From Hydrurus foetidus (taxonomy: Eukaryota), in NCBI GenBank assembly GCA_900617105.1, contig UYFQ01000035.1, positions 47,170-67,169 on the forward strand: DNA of 20,000 bases, in the 5' to 3' direction. Within the stretch, counting starts at the first letter, position 1. Each line of letters starts with the position of its first letter. Below, one piece after another: positions 12,536-20,000 of the stretch. The position numbers were made by a program, and so were the translations under genes. The notes under the pieces were generated by a model. It had not been told where the DNA came from, did not search any database, and saw only the letters and a list, made by a program, of their open reading frames with translations.

Positions 12536-12695
12536 GAGGTATGCATCGATGTGACATGTATCCATTCCGCTGGCTTTCTCCTTTACGTAGATATCCCTCT
12601 GCCTTTTCAATCTCCGCTTTCACTCTCACCTTAAGTTTTTTGTCCTTCAGAATATCCTTTCTCTCTCGTTCCCTTTTTTTTGCTGTGGCGAAATC
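12536..12695 (-). pseudogene. Possible upstream exon remnant (K/E/R-rich)
   Basis: On -, polypyrimidine tract and tctcag| acceptor, open frame DFATAKKRERERKDILKDKKLKVRVKAEIEKAEGYLRK..., then donor |GTAAGT. Phase does not directly fit the LRR exon. Confidence 0.3.
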
Positions 12696-15398
12696 CTGAG
12701 ATAAAGGAGTTTATGTCGAAATAAGGAGGGATATAGCAGAGAAGAGTGCAGCAGGATAGTTAATATAGCAGTTGGAATTTGTGTATCTAAGCATAACACG
12801 GCGGCATCAAGGCTAGGTCAGTCACAACTATACTGTCATGTCAGGTGCGAACTACAGACATAGTAATTGGGGGCAACCCCACTGACCTCATTGGTCGCCT
12901 CTACCGTCACCTCCACCTCGCTACTGATACTAGCCTCTTATTCATTTGTCAAAAGTACACCAGTGTCGGCCTTTGAAGCCACACATGAAGGGAAGTCCGA
13001 CATTAAAGATGCTCTGGGGCGAGGAAGACTAACATCTCAAGATATTAGATGCATCAAATGAATGACTCGTACTCATACCAACACCGATACCAATCCAACT
13101 GCAATGCATCGAGGCAGTTTGAATTGAATATGATATGTCTCACCTTGTAGATAGTACACCAATTTTGCCGAGAATCTGCGCTCAAACTAAAGTCGCCAAA
13201 CGATTATCGTGTGTCAATCTGTTTTGAGTAATTACGGCAACAGTCCAATTACATGTCCTTTGCCATTTTATACTGAATTGGTAACATCCAAGTTAATTAT
13301 TTCAAGCATTCAAAGTGTAGCGGAATTTTCAGGCCTGAAATATTATGTACCTACGTACACCACTCGACTAACACCAGCTCTACGGCGATACAACACTGTG
13401 TTACTCAAATAAAAGTCTTCATCTACACCCCCTTTGGTATAATCACCGAATGTAAAGATTTATCGCACCGAAGTTTGTAAGAACTTCGAATTGTAAGATC
13501 CCAGATTGCTTAGAATGACATTGTAAAGGTAACAAGGAGTGCCTTCAGAAAGGTGATTTATCTTATCATGGATGACTGTACCAGTAAGCGGGAAAGATCT
13601 GGAGTTTACTGCGAACAAATTGGACGGAAATGTGTGCTTATTCTTGCTCCTGATTTTCTAATTGAATGATCTGGTACTCAATCCTCTCACTAAATTTTTT
13701 ATAACAAGTTAATTCATGAGTTTTAATAAATTTTGGAATGCAAGCTACCTTCTGAAAATCCAATTTACTCGAAAGTCTCCTCCTCACATCCTATCCAACT
13801 GTACGAATGCTAATTTATGCGAAGATGTTTGATATTTTTTTAGCCCACAACTCAATGAGATGCACAAATCTGGTGGTCCAACACCATCTGCATTAATCCC
13901 GTAAAACATTCTTTAATAAACAAGTGCTTTGTATACCGTAACTTTCGAGACAATCGAAGATTTGAGTATCTCATAGCTCTGCACATTGAAATACTATAAA
14001 AATTACTATCATCACGTAAAAAATACCATCAAATGTGTAGATTCCTTTGCTATTCTTTCATTTGAGATTTTTAGCATTACGCTATGTCATCGCGTTTTGC
14101 AACTTGATTAGTGATGACATTGTATAACCACTAGAGTATGTTCAAAAGATTATAAACTTTATAACTTGGAATAACCGACCTCGAACGGTATGTATCTTCG
14201 AAGCTTCACTTCTGACTCTTTACCTTAGAGTTTTCATGGCGTCTTGTCAGCACGAATCTAACATGATTACGTTTCAAGCCTTCGTGCGCAAACATTTCAT
14301 GTGCATACATAAACTTTGAGGATATATTAAAGTTAAGATTATGAGATGTATTGCCTAACACTGGCTAATCACAAATAAGTAGTACTGTAGTAAACCAAAT
14401 TCTTTACGATCGAGATCCTTCCTGAACCCAGTGTTGTGAATAGAGCCCCATAGATATTTACCATGATATCTGGATCGCAAAGACTCAACTTTACGTGATC
14501 ATTACTGAGTATGTTCATCTGGCTTCCTGACCGCGAACCCTTCTCCGTTTAGACGCAAATGCCGTTGGGAGTGTAACCGCTATTATTTGATCATCTTCAC
14601 TGGTTCTGCGTGCTGCATGGCTGCTAGAATACAAGATGTGATGCTATTTTTTAGAAATCGCTCGTAGTATCCATTTCCAGTTCATCAAAAGTAAGACGTG
14701 GGGATCGGGGATGCAGAGTATAATTTTATACTGCTTCCATGGAAGCCCGCTAGAAATGAAGCCGGGCGGATCATGCGGTGGATTATCTCGACGGATTCTA
14801 CTGGCAGTAAATGTCGAATTCTATCAAATCCTCTTATCGTCTCTGCATATTGCTACCTGGGCAATATCCATTGGATTATGGGCTGAATACCTGGATGCTA
14901 CCCCCGTAGCAGGTTGCCCAGACAATAAAATTAGATGTGAATTAGATGATTAGTGAAGATGGTATACATCGGATAATCTTACTACTGCACAAATGGTATC
15001 CATCGGATAATACACCGGATTATGCAGTGGATAATCTGCCAGTGAGCTTTAACACCTCCTCAAGACTTGAAAATGAGGTCTTTATCACAAAGCGTCATTA
15101 CGACAATGACGAGAGACATTTGTCTGACTCAATTTACCCGATGATTTCATGCTATTATCTGCGTTGGGCGCTATTCGACATGGGATGTGTTAATCATGGA
15201 CTATAATTTCGTGTGATGAAAAGAGTCGCTTCATCACGTCGAGGAACCTTTGCACGGTCAGCAAACCACCATCCGCCCAAAGTCGTCCAGCGGGTTTCGT
15301 GGTTTTAATGGACACAGAACTTCACGAATATTGACATTCACTCGCTCAAAACTACGGGAATCGTTTTGAAATTCGATTATCTACCAGGAGGCCGTTTC

Positions 15399-15420
15399 AA
15401 AATTCAAAATTTTGAATTTT
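15399..15420. promoter_or_regulatory. Perfect 22-bp palindrome AAAATTCAAAATTTTGAATTTT within a TTCAAA/TTTGAA cluster
   Basis: Palindrome read directly, about 170 bp upstream of ATG 15589. The regulatory role is inference. Confidence 0.35.
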
Positions 15421-15588
15421 CAAAATTTAAGCTTGCTTGCATGCCTCAATTGCTGCGTGTTCCACTCCATGTATATGCATGCAGATGATGTCGTCTGATT
15501 CCTTGCAAATATCTGATTGGATTTGATATGCCCTGTAAGCTATAACTCAATCACGTTGCAGAGATTTTTGTACCTTAAAAAAGACATT

Positions 15589-16455
15589 ATGCCGCGCTAC
15601 AAACCGAGCAAGGGTTCGAAGAGATTCCGGTCAATCCAATTGAGGTGCAAGGAAGCTATTGTTGTCTCCCCTGATGTGAGGAGGGAGAATGCTGATTTCG
15701 GTACTGAATCGCTGTGTCTTGCTGACAGAATATGTCATGCAACTGAGATTCAAGTCCCTGAAGCTCTCGTTTATGAAGAACCGGTGCATCTTTCAGATCA
15801 CTTTGACTCTTTGATAAAGAGAAGTCTGCTGTATGGAATAGTCAAACCTGTAGTAGAATCTATAGCAGCATCAACATCGAAAGCTATCACAGCAACAAGA
15901 ACTCCAGGTTGAAAAACTACATGGGGTAGTGAAAGAAAAGTTCAATTTTTAGAGCACAATTTCGCTCGGGTTTGAGCATCATTAGATGTCTCAGCTAAAT
16001 GTAGAAGATCTGCTGAGAATATTGATTCAATCATTACAGATAATGCTGTTGCATTCATCGAAGCACTCTCCCTATCTTCTGCCGGAGGCACCAACTTCAC
16101 CTCCAATCAGTACGTCGTTCAACTCACTTCCTCAGCGCAGCTGATACCGCCTGTAGAAGCTGCTGATATATAACAGCTCGCTGCTCTATAATCTGCGACA
16201 CGAAGTTTGAAAGCATTAGTCATTAAGAAGATAATGATGAAAAAGACGATGACATAACTGATCGATGAAGTAAACATAAAGCGAACTCTTTAAATACCTT
16301 GCTAGAATTTGGACTGTCCAAGGTCCGAGGCCAATGCATGACTCACTTCTCATCGTCTGCGATGCTGACGATGAAGAATTGTGGCTGCTGTGTTGTATTG
16401 TACGATGGAGAATTCAAATTGACTTACTGCGATCGATAAATTGATGTGACAATAT
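15589..16455 (+). pseudogene. Decayed ORF of unknown family (possibly transposon-derived), ending at the LTR element
   Basis: MPRYKPSKGSKRFRS... continues in frame with coding-like composition through TGA 15910-15912, TGA 15973-15975, TAA 16171-16173 and TAA 16189-16191. A later shifted frame contains NCGCC. Ends at the LTR boundary 16456. Confidence 0.45.
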
Positions 16456-16593
16456 CGTTACGAAGTGCCCGTTAAACTGGCTTGAAATAATGTATAAACG
16501 TAAAAGAAAATGGACGAAAATGGATGCGCTGATCATGCAAAGGGTCCTGGGTTCTATTCCTCTGCCCGGTCGTAACATACCGTACCCCCAGTT
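16456..16593 (-). mobile_element. Short (~122 bp) putative 3' LTR (16456-16577) with PPT-like tract (16578-16593)
   Basis: On -: AACTGGGGGTACGGTA followed by TGTTACGA...TCGTAACG. Termini match 7/8 as inverted repeats, with the terminal CA changed to CG. No partner LTR seen in the window. Confidence 0.55.
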
Positions 16594-16685
16594 AAGGGAT
16601 TGGCCTCCAAACAACCCTCAGACCGGTTGGGTACTTGCGAGAACGGACTGTTATTCGCTTGTGTGAACTGTCCTACTGTTGGCGT

Positions 16686-16800
16686 CACGCGCGCGCCAGC
16701 CAGTGCCTGCCCACCCTATCCGCGTCGCCGCTGACCCAGTCCGCTGGCATAGGGTGGATCCTGGACCTAGAAAAACCATTCACTGGCTGGCGTACGTGCG
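16686..16800. other. GC-rich nested stem-loop
   Basis: CGCCAGCCAGTG (16694-16705) pairs with CACTGGCTGGCG (16781-16792), a perfect 12-bp stem. Inner CCACCCTAT (16711-16719) pairs with ATAGGGTGG (16749-16757), a perfect 9-bp stem. Confidence 0.7.
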
Positions 16801-16874
16801 GTCAGACAAAACACACTTACACAAAATCTGTAATGGGAATGGTTGGCTACGGGGTAAATAGATATGCGACGCTG

Positions 16875-17864
16875 CCGCAATGAGTAGCGAGCAGGCGGTA
16901 TGTAGTCAGAGACGGTATGAAGTTGGCTCGAATGGCATAAGTAAATGTAGAATGAGATGGACTGTTAAACGAGGCGTGAATGAATTTATCGAAGTCCCCG
17001 TCCCCACTGCTTTTTGTAGGCGCCGGTGTATAAGTGTTGGTAGATGCATTTGGTCGAGCTGTTATGTTGGATGATTTAATATGCCGTAGCGAATCACGTT
17101 TCTCTTTATTGTCTTCCATAATTATTGATCTGTTGTTATGTATGGCTATGTGATTTGCAGTACATCCCGAATTGAACAAGTCCGAGATTGGTAGTAGGGA
17201 CAGTGATAAGTCGTCGTCTTCGAAAACAGTGTCTTGTCCAGATTTAGCAAATGCAGGGAGCCCACGCTGTGCGAGTGGATGCATGCACCGTTAGGGAGTT
17301 AAACACTAATTGTGGCAGTGTGTACGTTCGTTAGCATAGTGCTATCTGAGCGTCGCAGTAAGGTATGTGTTGACCCCGTGTCGGCGCAAGCTTTGAAGTG
17401 AGCAGTAAAGGAAGCATTTTTTAATTACGTTGCATGAGCCGATGTTGTATGCTAACTTTACTGCGGACTCCTACGTGCGAGTGCGATTATTTTGGTGCTG
17501 CTCTCATGGTGTTGCTGTCGATCCATTAGCTACAATGGATGGTGTGGTTACAGATAAATGTGCATCTGTGTATGCGATTGTGTCAGCGAGCATTTTGAAG
17601 CAATTACTGCCATTGTGCTTGTTGTTGTGACCGTGCAGATAACAATTGTGGCTAGATTTCTTGGTACTGCCATCCCATTTCTTTTGCGTTGCCGGTGCTG
17701 GTGCCATCGCGTGCTGAACACTCCGTGTGAGCTGTGCTGCGTATACCGGCGACTAGAAACAATCTGGCACTGTGGATCTGGCTAAAGGATATCACCTGAT
17801 GACGTATAGTCCAACTGGTGTGGAGGCTACTGCAGTAGAACTCTAAGACTCAACTAGAACGCTG
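16875..17864 (-). mobile_element. Old decayed Ty1/copia remnant: gag C-terminus, aspartic protease, GAG-pre-integrase
   Basis: On -: CYLHGHNNKHNGSNC (~17600-17645, Gag knuckle variant); ACADTGSTHTLL (DTG at 17374-17382) ...ISV*LPNGACIHSHSVGSL... VFEDDDLSLSLLPISDLFNSGC (protease); FIHASFNSPSHSTFTYAIRANFI (~16920-16987, pre-integrase). Contains stops (e.g. TAA 17299-17301) and frameshifts. Integrase, RT and RNase H not seen. Confidence 0.75.
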
Positions 17865-18230
17865 TGTCGGCGAAACTGCAAGCTATATCGATTAAGATCT
17901 GCTTAGGTTTACAAGATACAGAAGATCTGGAGTTGGCAATCTACATATGTAACTAACATGTGACTGGTTACCCGGCAAACAAGGTGGCGAGCAAGGTAGA
18001 GGTGAAATCATGTGTGGCGTTGCAAGTAAGATCATAGCAGTTGTTGGCACTGAAAGGATGCTTTCGAACATGGAATGTATCGCCAACGTCCATATCTGGT
18101 ATGTACGGTGTACGTTCTATAGTGTACGTACGGTCGCGCATAGATGTATACAGTACTACCTAACGTGTATCTATACTACTATATCTGCGACTATACAGCA
18201 GACGTAACTGCTTTAGCGGTTAGTCCGACA
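17865..18230 (-). repeat. 3' LTR (366 bp) of the younger Ty1/copia element
   Basis: Termini TGTCGG (17865) and CCGACA (18230) form a 6-bp inverted repeat. Directly preceded on - by PPT ATAGGGAG (18231-18238), about 200 bp after the pol stop. Candidate TSD CGCTG at 17860-17864. Confidence 0.8.
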
Positions 18231-18431
18231 CTCCCTATAGTGAAGATGTATGTATGTATATGAGTGCATGCTTGCTAATGAGCTATCAATAATATAACAA
18301 AAATATCAAATTGCAGAAATTATAGACTACTGTGTGAGTAGAATTCTAAAAAATTACTAAATGCATTGTAAAATACTAAATAATACGCAAAAATTACAAA
18401 AGATATTTATGAATTGTTTCTGAGTGTCCTA

Positions 18432-20000
18432 TCAACAATTTGATGTTAGTTTAGTGAAGATGGGTAGTGTTACCCTCTTGGTACCAATGTCCGAGTTGTT
18501 GTCTTCAGAGGCCACTTTAATCACAGTGCACGTGCCGTCTTGCACCTTTTCTTTGGCATACGCTTCGGCGAGTGATAGGTGGCGCAGGTTTCGGGTCATG
18601 TGAGTGGTCTTTGAGTAATACACGCAAGCCTGGTTGTCCTCTTCGATGATGGTTGGATCCTGTTTCCACCCTATCATCTCTAATATACCGCGAGTTTGGA
18701 TGACTTCCGACTTGAGTGCACGGTTGACAGCCTTGATCTCTGATTCCGCTGTGGACGTGGATACTTACCGTTGATCGGTGGAACACCAGCAAATGAGGCT
18801 TCCAGCGAGGTATCCGAGGTAGCAGGTCTGGGAGTGGTGGTTATCTTGGTTACCACCTAGATCTGCATCGCACTGGAACTTCAGCTGTAGTACCTTGGTC
18901 ATGGTGTCTATGTCGGTCGGTTCGTCATGGGTCCGGAATATGAGACGATCCCTCTTCGCATACTTGACATATCTCAGCAGGTGCTTGAGGAAAATTATGT
19001 ATCTAGGACCAGGATTGTTACCGTATCTCTATGTTGAGCGTGCCATACCGTACACAATACCCACCATTGTGTGCACCATACCGTACATGAGTTGTCCGAC
19101 GACACATCTGTGCGGGTACTTTTGACATGTGGCCTTGTCGACGTCATTGGTGGGGCAGTCCAGCTTGGACAGTGGTGGCTGCTGGGCGTCGGCGGGGTAT
19201 GGGAGGTTCTCGTCCTTCGCACCTGTGATGTTCGCCTCCTTGATGATAAGGTTGATCATACGGTGCTGATCCATGTAGTAGTTGAAGTGTTCGTCTACTT
19301 CTATACGGATACCGGCGAACTCTTTGTCATTTGCGTCAGTGACTTGATATCCATGCTTGTTGAATGCTTGGATAACTGCATCCCATTCGTGGATGTGGTC
19401 GGGTGGACCAAACTATCTGAAGTCATCACTATGCGCGATGATGATCATCAGTTTGCCCGAGTGCGTCCACTTGAAGAACAGTTTGAGGTCCCATGGTGTG
19501 TTCTCATACCCACACTCCCTAAGGCATTTGTCGAACTCGATGGAGAAGTTCTGTCCGGCTGGAGGGAATCCATATGAGTTTCCTACTGCTTGGATGCAGG
19601 AACCGGGTGGTACGTCATATCCTTGGGGTGTGATGATGAGCACTGGGAAGTCCTTATTTGCTCTTGTGATGAGGTATGCACCTACAAGATCACCGCCTCT
19701 CATTACGAGCTTGTATGATGCCGCTATGACCATGGCTAACTTGATTGAGCGAGCTGCTACATTTCCACAATACACAGCTTCGGGGTCGAAATCAACGTTG
19801 GGAATCATCTTCTCCCCTCTGCCGACCAGCAGTCGAGCCTTCTTCGTCCCATCGTTCTTGACACTGAACAGCCACATCATTGGAACTAGGTGCTGTCCAG
19901 TGAAAGGGACGATGTTGAAGCATGATTTGACTTCAAACTTCGTCAGCTCAGTGTCGATGGTTTTAGCCCATGGTGGGTCCGTCATCGCTTTCCAGAACGA
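18432..20000 (-). pseudogene. pol: Copia pol: reverse transcriptase (RVT_2-like) and RNase HI, with in-frame stops
   Basis: One frame: WLFSVK..KARLLVGRG, GGDLVGAYL, YGFPPAG, IIIAHSDDFR, VVGQLMY, QCDADLGG, STSTAESEIKA, EEDNQA, HLSL, NNSDIGTK. In-frame stops at TAG 19413-19415, TAG 19029-19031 and TAA 18765-18767; natural stop TGA 18432-18434. Confidence 0.92.

Larger units (their letters stand above)
17865..20000 (-). mobile_element. Ty1/copia LTR retrotransposon, 3' portion (RT, RNase H, PPT, LTR); continues beyond the window
   Basis: RT followed by RNase H with no downstream integrase (copia order), then an AT-rich 3' UTR, PPT and LTR. Confidence 0.9.

Noticed and set aside
16478..16577. 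Intact tRNA gene
   Set aside because: Only a T-arm/B-box-like fragment with a mismatch; no acceptor, D or anticodon stems can be formed convincingly.
16569..16870. SRP, RNase P/MRP, telomerase RNA or hammerhead ribozyme
   Set aside because: No SRP helix-8 CAGG..GNRA..AGCAG, no P4 GGAA/GAAAGUC partner, no telomeric template and no CUGANGA/GAAA core found by eye.
17379..17384. Second TGTCGG as an alternative LTR end
   Set aside because: It is the reverse complement of codons GCC GAC ACG (A-D-T) of the old element's protease active site. 17865 fits better as the boundary.
10845..19415. Stop-codon reassignment or readthrough explaining the in-frame stops
   Set aside because: All three stop types occur alongside frameshifts in the decayed sequences, while the intact genes have no internal stops and end at TAA and TAG.
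18895..19577. Plus-strand ORFs 18895-19125 and 19071-19577 (likewise 757-1155, 2761-3135, 11250-11801)
   Set aside because: Antisense shadows of real coding sequence on the opposite strand.

Overview
Eukaryotic nuclear DNA with GT-AG introns and long polypyrimidine tracts; the protein families suggest a stramenopile or other protist (inference). The left half holds two apparently intact spliced genes on +: the 3' part of a large multi-pass membrane protein (exons <2-362, 681-1519, 1703-3112) and a complete 8-exon, 219-aa dual-specificity phosphatase (5023-8383, HCLAGAHR). A ~100-bp MITE-like inverted repeat lies between them and a 30-bp minisatellite follows them. The right half is mostly decayed sequence: a disabled F-box-like/LRR gene on -, two unassigned decayed reading frames diverging from a TTCAAA/TTTGAA palindrome, and nested LTR retrotransposons on -. 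These are a ~122-bp mini-LTR with PPT that carries a tRNA T-arm/B-box-like motif next to a strong nested hairpin, an old Ty1/copia gag-protease remnant, and a younger divergent Ty1/copia (RT motif HSDD, RNase H, PPT, 366-bp 3' LTR) inserted into that remnant's gag. No CRISPR array, rRNA or intact tRNA was found, and no clearly new multi-gene system is evident. The most unusual signals are the mini-LTR plus hairpin module, the HSDD reverse transcriptase and the phosphatase lacking an obvious general-acid Asp.
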